Notes under the pieces: model-generated
The model's database searches: none
Told to the model about the DNA's origin: nothing
What the model saw: only the letters and a program-made list of their open reading frames with translations
Program-made: the position numbers and the translations under genes
Assembly (NCBI GenBank): GCA_964016885.1
Contig: OZ024741.1
Location: 164,052,001-164,116,000, forward strand
Direction of reading: 5' to 3'
Length of the DNA: 64,000 bases
From: Eledone cirrhosa
Lineage: Eukaryota
Part shown: positions 1-14,037 of the stretch, in pieces
How the letters are laid out: each line of letters begins with the position of its first letter
Position numbering within the stretch: the first letter of the stretch is position 1

Positions 1-54
1 GGAAAATCTCCCAATACATGATGTGTGGTTGATGATCTGATAAATATCTTCTAA

Positions 55-275
55 TTCTTCTTTCTTTTTCTTTTTTCTTCTTCTTTTTCATCTTTTTCGT
101 CGTCTTTTTTCTTTTTCTTTTTCTTTTTCTTTTTCTTTTTCTTTTTCTTTTTCTTTTTCTTTTTCTTTTTCTTTATCAACTTTTTCGCCGTCTTTTTTCT
201 TCTTCTTTTTCATCTTTTTCGTCGTCTTTTTTCTTGTTTTTCTTTTTCTTTTTCTTTATCAACTTCTTCACCGTC

Positions 276-307
<32 letters not shown>

Positions 308-600
308 CTTTTCTTTTCTTTTCTTTTCTTTTCTTTTCTTTTCTTTTCTTTTCTTTTCTTTTCTTTTCTTTTCTTTTCTTTTCTTTTCTTTTCCTTCTCC
401 TACTACTTCTTCCTTCGTCTTCTTTTTCTTTTTTCTTTTTCTTCTTCAACTTCTCTTTCTTTTTCGTTTTTGTTTTCGTTTTCGTTTTCTTTTTCTTTTT
501 CTTTTTCCTTCTTGTTTTTCTTGTTTTTCTTTTTTCTTCTTTTCTTTTTCTTTTTCTTATTCTTCTTTTTCGATTTCTTTTTTCTTTTTCTTTTCCTTCT
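55..600. repeat. Polypyrimidine simple repeat (TTTTC/TTC-type), probably an expanded LINE tail
   Basis: Near-pure T/C tract with (TTTTC)n core abutting the RTE 3' end at ~600; the K/R-rich and F-rich ORFs here are artefacts. Confidence 0.9.
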
Positions 601-805
601 TCTGGGAGGGTCGTGGAGGCTGAGTCTTCTGACATACCTAAAGGTCCTATCAGAGGCAATCGCCTCTAAATGATCCGGATGGATCTCCGAGCGAGACCAA
701 CAGTGGGTATGGATGTTACCCAACCATCTTGCTTGCGGTCTACCCCTGGATATCATGTTGGTTGGATTTGTCTGTAAAATCTGTCCTGTGATTCTTTCCT
801 TATAT
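600..805 (-). mobile_element. RTE-clade LINE 3' end fragment, GAA-tailed family
   Basis: Similar to 3530-3858, 29190-29340 and 52660-52827 (gagggtcgtgg...ggatctcc...ccaaccatcttgc); followed on the minus strand by a purine tail. Confidence 0.65.
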
Positions 806-974
806 GAATAACTTACGTTAAAAATTATGACTGCATACATCAGATGTATTGTAGTGGATTGAAATTGTGACTTGATACATAATATAATTTCTACTCAAAA
901 CTCCAGAAAATATGCAATTATATTTCACTGGATACTAAATCCTCAACTTAAGCTTTTCTCCTGACTATCTAGAG

Positions 975-1292
975 CGGTGGTTCCCAACCTTTTGTGCCCC
1001 ATGCCCCACCTCAACATCCCAAACATGTTTATGCCCCAATTTGATATAAAAACAGCGATAGTCAACTACGAAATGTAAACAAATTGGCGTATGGTTGATG
1101 CCAGATGCACAATAATGTGTGTGGAGGAGGTGAGACAGGAGTTTCCGAAAGTAATTTGTTCCAAAGTTGCCTTGGTGTAGTTGTAAAAGGTAAAACCTGA
1201 AGTTTGTTCTCATTAACATCATTTTCAAATTGCCTCCTTGAATATTCTAATTGCTCCCCAGTGGGGTGTGGGCCCCACGTTGGGAAACACTG
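975..1292. mobile_element. hAT (Charlie-like) MITE
   Basis: TIRs CGGTGGTTCCCAAC / GTTGGGAAACACTG; 8-bp TSD ATCTAGAG (967-974) / ATCTACAG (1293-1300), close to the NTCTAGAN Charlie target. Confidence 0.8.
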
Positions 1293-2489
1293 ATCTACAG
1301 CAAATATCTAGCTAGAACTGAACTCAAGACTACAATCTAGAAAATATTCGTTTATTTTTAATGTTCCTAGCATTTATATCAATAAGGTACAAGCCTGTAC
1401 AACGCATTTCAGTGATATTAACAAGTCTCTAAAACACAAAATACTAATTTTAGGTCCTTGCAACTGTTAATCCAGCATCATAAAGACTAAGTAAATTTTG
1501 GTGAAATATTGATATCTAACTTCAAATAATTTTCTACACATAAAACATGACAAGTCGTTTTAGTGGGAGGGACAACAATTCTTATTTAGAATAAAATTCA
1601 ACTTCTAAAATAAATTTAGGTGTAATCTAAATAAAAATTAATCATATTCAAATGTAACTTGAAATCTAATAGTAAAGAAAATATTAATTTATGACAAACA
1701 TACCTTTATTAGAGGTTTTATCAACCTCTTAATAAGAAAGTATTTCGTACAAGCGGCGATGTATTTGTTTTGCAAGGTTTTTGATATGAAATCGTGTGTT
1801 GAACGGGAGGAAACAGTGATAATCACTGAAGATGTCACAGATAGTTGTGACGAAAGAACTTTGAAAAATTATATTCATATTTTTATCTGTTGGTTAATCA
1901 ATGATAAACGTTGATTGCCAGCTAAATTATTTATAGAAATATTAAAATATACTGAAGCGAAAACCAAACCAAACAGTGAGTGTGTTTTACTGTTTTTAGC
2001 AATATTGGGACATGACCCTTCCCAAATATAAAATTTTGTACAAGATTTTTCTCCTTTACTATTTTTCTATCCTGTACTTTTACTACAAAATATCACCAAG
2101 TATTGAACATTGTCCTTGGTTTTATAGTATTAAGTGAGTTCTGAAATATTTCATTCCCTGTTTGGGACGTCAAGGTCGTACCGAAGAGAAACTTACGAAT
2201 CCAACCCTGCAAAAGAATATAATACTCATCAACATAACAACACAGAGTGACAAATTATACCTACACATGCCACCTAATGGTGCTGTTCTACTCACATTGG
2301 CATCTATAAAAAGATAATTTGGTTTTAAATCACTTTGAAACTCCCCGACCTCTGGCACATATACGTGTTGTATCCTCTCTCTACCTCTTCTACTGTTGCT
2401 ACAATGGTCTCTGCTTAGCAATACTTCTGCGTTCTTGCCATCTCCACTTCAGCACTCCCAACTCACTCGTCTCTCATCCCTCTATCTAG

Positions 2490-2760
2490 TACTAATCAAT
2501 ATGCCCAGTCTATGCTGTCCAGAAAATCGGTCATCAGAAAATAAGGTCCAAATGTGTGGATCCTCAACTTAGAAAGAAAAGCAACGGTATCAATCTCTCC
2601 ACTCTCGGAGTTCCTGTGAATATTATGAGTACTCCGCCTTTCTCCAGACCTTACAAGTAAAAAATAAAAACGTTTACCGTAAGGATGACAGAGCCATTGA
2701 GAATTAAATGTCTTTGCATGGAACATGATGTAGCACAAATAACTCTAAAAACTGACCAGG
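2490..2760 (-). pseudogene. Possible highly decayed LINE APE endonuclease fragment
   Basis: LMTDFLDSIDW resembles the GDFN..IDW motif, with a GGV-like motif upstream in another frame; weak. Confidence 0.25.
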
Positions 2761-3529
2761 TGGTACGCTGGCACCATAATTGGCGTGACTAAGAATTACT
2801 CTCCTGAAGGGTAAGGGAGGTGGAGGCGATGGCAGTGGGAGTTCGACTCTTCCGTGTTCGGACTTGGTGTGCGGCATCAGTTGTCCGTAGGGAGGTAGTG
2901 GTTTGTACTTAGCGAAGGTTTTTAGAACCTTGTGTCTGTAATTGTTAGGCGATAGATAAATAGTTTGTCTCTTTCTATTAGTCTTCGGTCTTCAATAAAC
3001 TATATCTTCCAAATATCGCTTCTCGACCTACAGAATTAAATCTTAACACTGTAAAATTCTGAGATATTCATCAATTTCCACTTAATTGATTCTTTTGACA
3101 TAAATGGGAATGTAAAAGATGGGGCATTCATAACTTTCCAAAAGGCATTAGTAGCATAGGTGAAGTGAAATTATTCTAAATCGAAAACAAAATCTTGGGT
3201 CACAGACTCGGTCAGACTTTTATCTTTATGGTGTACGCAATAAATCTCCAGTCTCCACTTACTTTGACATCCCACTGCTGAACCACTCACTATCTGCATC
3301 TCTATCTCTCTCTCTTTTAATCGATTTGTATTTCTCTTTACTCTTACCCTATCTGTTATCATGGATGTTGAACAGAATATATTGCCCATAACCAGCCCAT
3401 TATTAATAATAATAACGTTTTCTAATTTAGGCATATGGTTACCAATTTGGGGAAGAAGTAAAAGAAAGAAAGTCGATTAATTCGATGACAGTATTCGGAT
3501 GGTGCGTTATTTTAATCTTCTCCTTTTTT

Positions 3530-3858
3530 ACTTTTTCTTCTTCTTCGCCCAATTATACTTGAAGTGGTCGTGGGGGCAGAGTCCTCAAACACTCCCTTCG
3601 GTGATTCCTGTCAGAAGCAATCGTCTCCAATTGATTCGGCTGGATCCCCAAGCGTGACCAGCAAAGCTCATGGATGTTATCTAACCATCTTGCTCGGGGT
3701 CTACCCCTGGATCTCCGCCCGGTTGGTTTTGCTCGTAAAATCTATCCAGTGATTCTTTCCTTAGACATTCTGACCACATGTCCGTAATATCGAAACTGTT
3801 ATCTCTCCATTCGGAGAAGTAGTAGCTCTACCTGGCGTGACTCCCTGATCTCCGATAT
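3530..3858 (-). mobile_element. RTE-clade LINE 3' fragment with (GAA)n tail
   Basis: Homologous to 29190-29445; ttc repeats at ~3535-3545. Confidence 0.7.
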
Positions 3859-3859
3859 G

Positions 3860-4840
3860 AACTCAGAACGTAAAATATCGGAACAAATGCCGCAATGGGT
3901 TTTTCCCGACGCTCTACCAATTCTGTCAATCCTCTACATCAAACACAGTATTAATAATGGTTTATAATTTAGGCACAAGACCAGAAATATTTGAGGAAGG
4001 ATTAAATGGATTAAATCGACACTAGTACATGACTTGTACTTTATTTTATTGGCCCCGGAAGGATAAAAGGTAAAGTTGGCCTCGGCAGTATTTGAATTTA
4101 GACCAGAAAGACCAGAACAAATACTGCATAGCATTTATTCCGAGTTTCTAATGATTCTGAAAAATAAAACACACGATCTGACAATTCTTCATCTGCGTTT
4201 CTAGCTAAAACGTTTATGTGGTAGGATTCGAATTTTCCAACAAAACTAACATGTCACTCCTCTTTTATCTTTATTTCTAAGATAAAAACTGACTAATTCT
4301 GTATCATTAAATTAGTGGTTTACTTTGCCTTTCATCCTTACGAGGTCGATAAAAATAAAGTAGCAGTTATGCACTGGGTAATTGCTGGCCTTGTGCCAAA
4401 AGTAGAAACAATTAGTAAATTAGTGGCTGTGGATTGGCAGTATCGGTAGAGGGTCTGACGCCATGCTTTTCAGCGTAGGGTTATGGCCCTTTACGGCCTG
4501 AGTTCAAATTCCGCCGAGGTTAACTTTGCTTTTCATCCTAACGGGGTCGATAACTAAAGCACCAGTTATGCACTGGGATAATTGCTGGCCTTCTGCAAAA
4601 AGTAGAAACAGTTAAATTAGTGAGGTTAAGGGTGGTAGAATCGTTATAGGGTTGGAGATGTTTTGTGGCATCGAGTTACGGCTCTTTACGCTCCAAGTTC
4701 AAATCTTGCCGAGGTTAGCTTTGTCTGTTATCCTTACGGGAATCGATAAAAGAAATCACCTGTAATGCACTGGGGTCGATTGGATCGACTTTCCCCTTCT
4801 CAAAAACTGTTGACCTTGTGCCTAAATCAGAAACGGCAAT
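3860..4840. mobile_element. Cluster of about five tRNA-derived SINEs with a Meta/Sauria-like central domain
   Basis: Repeated gagttcaaat (B box)...gccgaggttaactttgcctttcatcctt..ggggtcgataaaataaagtaccag; minus-strand copies 3860-3932 and 3965-4160, plus-strand copies 4320-4412, 4428-4612 and 4625-4840. Confidence 0.8.
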
Positions 4841-4899
4841 ATTAGAGAGGTCATTAGGTTGAAGAAGCCTATAAGAATACATGTGTATGTGTGTGTGCA

Positions 4900-5170
4900 A
4901 AAGTGTATGGCGTAGTGGTCAGGGTGTTGGACTCACGATCATAAAGTCGCGAGTTTTATCTTTCAATGGGGTGGCACATTGTATCCTTTAGCAAGACACT
5001 TTATTTCACGTCCCTACAGGTCACTCAGCTAGCAATCATGGGTTGAGCCTGTAGTTCAAGGGACCATCCTTGTTCCACATTATATCATGCAACAACTCCC
5101 TTAGAACTACATTGAGAGTCATGTACTTGTGGAATACTCAGAAACTTACAGGTTAATTCCATTAGCAAGC
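4900..5170 (+). mobile_element. tRNA-derived CORE-like SINE
   Basis: A-box tggcgtagtgg, then tgtatcctttagcaagacactttatttcac resembling the CORE domain; related copies at 13213, 15376 and 35665. Confidence 0.6.
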
Positions 5171-5199
5171 AGTTCTGTAGACAGAATAAGCTGGAGCAC

Positions 5200-5390
5200 T
5201 CATCATCTGAAACGACGGAGATCCAGCAACAACACGGACACATTAGAAAATGAAGACCGAGGATGATATATATTGATCCCCTAAGGACAGACACTGGTCT
5301 CTGGGAGATGCAGGACATAGCGGTGATGATGAAAGACTGAGACCGCTGGAGAGAACTCGTTCATGGATCTCTGGAATTTTACCTGTCGTG
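5200..5390 (+). mobile_element. RTE-clade LINE 3' end fragment (second family)
   Basis: Matches the reverse complement of 37575-37730 (gacagacactggtct...gaccgctggagagaactcgt.catggatctc.ggaattttacc). Confidence 0.7.
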
Positions 5391-6676
5391 TTTTCTATTT
5401 AATTTTGGTTGGAGTTCATTTATGTTTATTGCCTCTGTGATTTGTCTAAACATTGCGTCTTTTCTGTGTGTAGATTCTATTTTTATTTCTATGTTCTCTA
5501 ATTTACCCTTATGTTCTATATTAGCATGTTGGTAGAGTACAGATGATTCTTTACTATCTTGAAGGTCTCGCCAATGTTCATTTATCCGTTCCCCTATACT
5601 ATGAGCTGTCTCACCTATGTACACTATGTTTTTATCTCTACATTGTCCTTCAGTACATCTTATACTATATACTACATTTCTAGTTTTACAGTTAATATGG
5701 GGGCTTAATTTACAGATTATACATTTCTTATCTATACAGGGAGGTCTTTGAAAAGGGTATGTATTGCTAATAAGTGTTTTTATGGAGGTACCTGGTCTTT
5801 CTACTATCTTAATATTGAGTTTATGTTTATCTAGGGCCCTTCTAAATTTGTAAGCTAATTCACCTCTAGGGGTTGTATCGATGAACATTACACTCTGGTA
5901 TTTATTGCTATCATACCATGAGTTTATTCTATAAGCCTTATTCCTAGTTCTTTCTATTCTATTCCAAAATTTGCTCCTATACAAGGGGCAGGTCCCATTT
6001 ATGTCATTATTTACCATTTTTTCCCATTTGGTTCTGGCTCCTCTATACACTCTGATTCTATCTCTCTGATTGTAGCCAGAGAACTGCATACGGTGGATGA
6101 AGTGTTGTATGTGTCTCTCTAGTTCTTCGGGGTTGCACATGCGGGACACGTTTCTCATCACCCGTACCAAATCCGCAATCAGTATGTTGATTTTGGTATG
6201 GTCCGAAACAGCTGAGTTTCGGTGGATCAGATATTTGGAAGTCATGGGTTTGGCATAATGGGAATGGAGTATTTGTTTTTTGTTATTAATGGTATCTAAC
6301 CAGAGCTCTGTGTCTAGTACGGGTAATCGATGGTTGGGGTGTTTGCTTGGGTAGTGTATAGTAACTCTAATACTCTGGTGGATGGAGTTAGCTATTTGCT
6401 GGATGCTTTCCATTGTGTTTTTCTCTTATTCCTGACTGTTCTTTAGTGGGGGTGTTTTAACCACGATGTTTATATCATCAACGTAGCGGGAGTACATAAT
6501 CAGGGTTAAGGGGTCTTCTAATTGTTCTTTAAGTTTAAGTTTAAGTCTACTGTCCCACCATACCATGAATAGGTTAGCTATGTCGCCTGCAATGCTAACA
6601 CCAATGGCTGCTCCCTCCTCTTGGGCATATGTTTTTCCATTAAATTTGAACATATGTTCTTTAAGGGTTAATTTTA
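5390..6676 (-). pseudogene. Penelope-like element family B: RT C-terminal half plus GIY-YIG endonuclease
   Basis: QEEGAAIG and YSRYVDD RT motifs, LPVLD thumb, CIDKKCIIC linker, VVY...YIGET...IGERINEH GIY-YIG; ORFs 6426-6653 and 5379-6413 are in frame across one TAA. Confidence 0.92.
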
Positions 6677-7442
6677 TGTGTTCACTCAGTGGTGTTTTCC
6701 TGTATTCCCGTATTTTAATTTGGGATCAGGGAATACAGGAAAATACCACTGAGTGAACACATTGATACCTGTGCCGCCCAAAATCATCCCAACTTCAGAA
6801 TCTTTCCCCTCTACAAATTTAAAGATAATGCCACCCACATCCAGCGCATCAGCAATGAATCTTACTTTATTAACAAATACGGACCCCGTCTAAACACTTC
6901 TCCCTAAGACGAACCCACAACATACACACGTCAACATACATACCTACATCAGCATACATCTCTATCCACATATAAACACAATGACATACGTAAACACACA
7001 TGTTCTATGGTGCAACACAAATATACACAAATTTGCATACCTTTTGATGTCTATAGATATAAACGTGCCGACACACACACATACATAAACGCACACATGC
7101 ATTGCACACTGATGGGCACATACATATTTGTACACAAGTATTCCAATACGGCAAGGCCTAATGGATTCCCCTTGCAGTACGTACAATCTGGACACTCACA
7201 CACACCTTGGTATTATGCCAATACTATATATCATTTCACACCTTTTATTATTAAGGTTTTTGATGTTCTATTGAGAGAATCGTTTTTACTGAAAATATCG
7301 AATAATGTACACCATTTTACCAGTATCACAAAAATAAATACTGGTCCACCCCCAGCCCCCACCCCCCCACACACACATTCTCTCACACACACACACACAT
7401 ATACACACACACATACACACGCTTACATTAACATACAAAGAG

Positions 7443-7496
<54 letters not shown>

Positions 7497-7603
7497 CTCC
7501 GTATAAGACAAGAGCTGAAAAATATCTTTTAACATGTTAAAATATCCCCCACACACTTACAGACACATTCCTACTGACCATCCCTCTACCACGAATTACT
7601 CTG

Positions 7604-7694
<91 letters not shown>

Positions 7695-8257
7695 CTTGTC
7701 TTAATAGGCATTTGAACTGTCAACAGGCTGCGGTTCGCACACACATCCCTGCTGACCATTATCACAACAACGAACCTCTTTACTACTACTACACACACAC
7801 ACACACACATATTTGTTTTGAAAGACTTATTTTTCAGTGACTTCTCAATCAGCCGACACAAACCTACATTTGGAGCAAAATCAATTTTTAACATTCACAT
7901 GACCTCTACCGACCAATCAAAATTGTTTTGACCACAAGAATTTTTGCAACACGAATTGGCGCGAAACTTATTTTAATACCGCTGGAGCCACTTTTTTCAC
8001 ATAAAAACAGGTAGAATTTCCAAAACTAATCAGATTAGAGCAAACATCACGGACGCTCTATCTCAAAATTATTTTTGAAAAGCATTAGAAATGCGCAACC
8101 AGTAAAATTTAAAACCAAAACTGAATACTAACCAATACTATTACTAATTCTCACTTATTCCTAATTAAACTATTTTTCACTGTGAACAATTTGTCAGCAT
8201 TTTCTTTTCCGTTTACCAATATATCATAACTTGTGTGTTACACCTCTATTCTTTTAA

Positions 8258-8258
<1 letters not shown>
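6677..8258 (+). mobile_element. Penelope-like family A 3' fragment (end of GIY-YIG, long 3' UTR with internal (CA)n, terminal HHR-like motif) with a short 5' inversion
   Basis: Reverse-complement match to 56220-57765; 6677-6726 is inverted relative to 6728-6762; ends in (TA)n. Confidence 0.85.
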
Positions 8259-10945
<2,687 letters not shown>

Positions 10946-10964
10946 TATATATATATATACATAT

Positions 10965-11230
10965 AATGTAGGAGGTGAGTTTTATTGTAGTACAATAAAG
11001 CAATGTAGATATCGGATAAGTAGCACTCTACAATTTGTAGGACTGGAGTATAAATAATATATAAGATCAAAAGATGGTTAAAAGAGTTCCATGTTTTTTA
11101 TTATGTGCGTTTCAAAAACAAATATCATCATGCGATGACATTTGCGTTTTCGTCGGATAAAATAGGGAGACATGATATGAAGGTTAAAAAACACTTGCGA
11201 ATAGTGCAGTTTTAAATCAACATATGAAAA
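10965..11230 (-). mobile_element. Terminus of an HHR-bearing element (same family as 59375-59720) with a degenerate HHR at ~11096-11162
   Basis: High similarity to 59375-59525; core reads CCGACGA...GAAACGCACATA; adjoins (TA)n. Confidence 0.7.
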
Positions 11231-12449
11231 GTAGTTTTAGATTGATGTGTGATATTGGGAAAAAAATTGAGGGGGGGGGGGTGAAAAAGAGGAGGAGATG
11301 GGAGTAAAGAATGGAGGGGGAGGAGTATAATAAGGAAGGATGAGATAGGAGGAGAGATGGGTGATAGAGAGAGAGAGATAGCTTTTATAACTGAGAAAAA
11401 TATATTGTTTTACAGAGAGAGGTTAAAAAACCGTTGGAAGATAATATATAAATTAAAAGAATTTGAAAATTAACGAAGAGAAAAATTTAAGAATAATGTT
11501 AAATTAAGGTTTGTATATTGAAGGGTTAAATAATATGTGCGATGAAAAGAAATTGTTAATATGTATTAAGAATAATATTAAGTTAAGGTTTGAATATTGA
11601 AGGGTTTAATAATATGTGCGATGGAAAGAAATTGTTGATATGTATTATTAAAAAAAATAAAAATAGTAATGTAATTAAGGATATATTGTGAAAAGAAGTA
11701 GAAGAGTGGATGAATTAATATATGTAAATAGTTTGTTTACAAATGAGCGCAGAAAGCAAAGAAGGAGATAGTGTTTAAGGAGAAGACCTTAACATCAAAA
11801 TATGTATGTTTATGAAGTATTTCCTAATGGTAATAATATAATGTAATAAAGGAGATTAGTTAGGGTTTAAGTTTGTTTTTATGTGTTGTGATGTGTAATA
11901 TGTAGAAGTTAGACGAGCATGAAAGGGAGAAAAAAATAATGAATTGGGGATGAATAATCTAACGTCAAAAAAAATGTTTATGTTTGCGAAGGATTTTTCA
12001 AGGTGATACTATAAAGTATTTAAAAGGGTAATAGTAAGTTTTATGGCCAGTGATAGGATGGAAGAAGGAAGAGTGGATATATTGTGGTGAGTAATAATGA
12101 GAATTGAGAAGTATCTAGGAAGAAAAGGTACAGATTAGAGGTTATAAATTAAAGGAAAAAAGGAAGAAAGGGAAGTGATAAATAGGAATGATATAGAATG
12201 AGTAACTAGTATTATATAATGTATAATAAATAACATTGAAATAAGGTAGAAAGATGGGTATATTTTTAAAGAAATATATATATATATATATGTGCCTTTG
12301 AGAAAAAGGATTTTAAATTGGTAAAGTATTAGATTTTAGCTGTATACTTTATGGAATGTTCTGTAGAATTTATGCAAGCAGAGAGAAAACAAGTCAGTGC
12401 GTCTATTTATTATAGAATCTAAATTAGATATAATGGTAAATTTCTCACA

Positions 12450-12845
12450 AGGTTGGAATTAAGGTTAGAACTCAGGTTGGAATTAAGGTTAAAATTAGGG
12501 GTAGAACTAGGGTTAGAAGTAGGTTTTAAAATTAGAAGTGAGTGAGTAAGTGAGTAAGTAAGTCCCGCTGACAACAAATAAATAGTCTATTTTGCCCCCC
12601 CCCCCCCTCCAGAATAAATCTCGTCTCTCTCGTCTTCATTTTTCTTCCACCATCGCCATCCTTACCTGCCTTGGTCGGTCAAAATACAACACCTGCTCAA
12701 AGAATCCAACTTATAGCTTTACGGCCATGAGTCGAACACCCTTAGCGCAAAACTAATTAATTCCAACCCTTAATTCTAACCCTACCCTAATTCTAACCCT
12801 AACACTAATTCTAACCCTAACCCTAATTCCGTCCCTAACCCTAAA
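12450..12845. repeat. Degenerate telomere-like repeats in both orientations (TTAGGG-like 12450-12530, CCCTAA-like 12760-12845)
   Basis: aaccctaattctaaccctaccctaattctaaccctaa etc. Confidence 0.7.
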
Positions 12846-12850
12846 TTACT

Positions 12851-12903
12851 GGACGAATTCGAACAATCGACCTACAGTCTTCTGCTCTACCAACTGAACT
12901 ATC
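12851..12903 (-). pseudogene. tRNA-Tyr-like remnant or SINE head
   Basis: Minus strand GATAGTTCAGTTGGTAGAGCAGAAGACTGTAGGTCGATTGTTCGAATTCGTCC: A box, CTGTAG anticodon-loop-like segment and B box; internally deleted. Confidence 0.55.
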
Positions 12904-12990
12904 TTCTGTCTTGCTGATTACCACCGGATTTAACACATATATAAGTATTATTCATCTATACGTATTATTCGTATATATATATATATATAT

Positions 12991-13054
<64 letters not shown>

Positions 13055-13095
13055 TTATATATATATATATATATATTATTTTATATATATATATC

Positions 13096-13153
<58 letters not shown>

Positions 13154-13260
13154 TAGCTTTGCGGTCAAGGTTTTCGAATCATGGCCGCAAGGCGATAAGT
13201 TGGATTCTTTGAGTAGATGGCGCGTTGTGTCCTTGAGCAAGGCACTTTATTTCAAGGTTA

Positions 13261-13299
<39 letters not shown>

Positions 13300-13394
13300 T
13301 ATATCAGGGGCGAAGGGTCCATGCATTCAACACATGAAGGTCATGCGTTATAGAATCTTGAGTTGATCAATTGCGTTGGTTGAAGCAAGAAGAA

Positions 13395-13650
13395 TTTTGG
13401 CTGCTTACTAAAACGTATAGACACAAAAAATAACACACACACACACATACACACAAACACATACACACAAACGCATCACAGCTTTGGGGCAAGCAGAATT
13501 TGACTGCTTACTAAATCGTAGACACATAAAAAGATAACACACACACACTCCCGAACACACGACAGCTTTGGGCAAACAGAATTTCGACTGCTTACTAAAT
13601 TGTAGACACACAAAATGATAACACACACACACATTAGATAACACTACATG
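13395..13650. repeat. Degenerate ~90-105-bp tandem repeat (about 3 units)
   Basis: ctgcttactaaa..gtagacaca.aaaa.gataacacacac at ~13401, 13505 and 13588. Confidence 0.7.
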
Positions 13651-13663
13651 CGGCTTTGACCGC

Positions 13664-13719
<56 letters not shown>

Positions 13720-13767
13720 TAAGGAAAAACGAAGTACTTTCAGATGTTCAAGTCCTTTAATAATAAT

Positions 13768-13952
13768 TGTTTCTACTTTAGGCACAAGACCAGCAATTAC
13801 CCAGTGCATTACTGGTACTTTATTTTATCGACCCCATAAGGATGAAAGGCAAAGTCAACCTCGGCGGGATTTGAACTCAGATCGTAAAGGGACGTAACTA
13901 TGCTGCAAAGCATGACGTCCGACCCTCTACCGATACTGCCAATCCACCGCCC
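13768..13952 (-). mobile_element. Meta-like SINE with TSD, inserted in the left terminal repeat
   Basis: Full SINE flanked by ttaataataat; the empty site is visible in the right repeat at ~15230-15243. Confidence 0.9.
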
Positions 13953-13963
13953 TTAATAATAAT

Positions 13964-14037
13964 GCTGTGATATATATTTCAATGGCCACAGTGGCCACAC
14001 TGTTCCGTGCGCCAGTGTCGCGACATCGTCAGACAGC
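13964..14037 (-). ncRNA. Type I hammerhead ribozyme
   Basis: Minus strand: GCTGT-CTGACGA-(extended stem II)-GAAA-TATATA-TC-ACAGC; 5-bp stem I, AUC site; the paralog at 15244-15317 has CAAA in place of GAAA. Confidence 0.8.

Noticed and set aside
12760-12845. True telomere or chromosome fusion site
   Set aside because: Short, degenerate and embedded in a repeat-like composite
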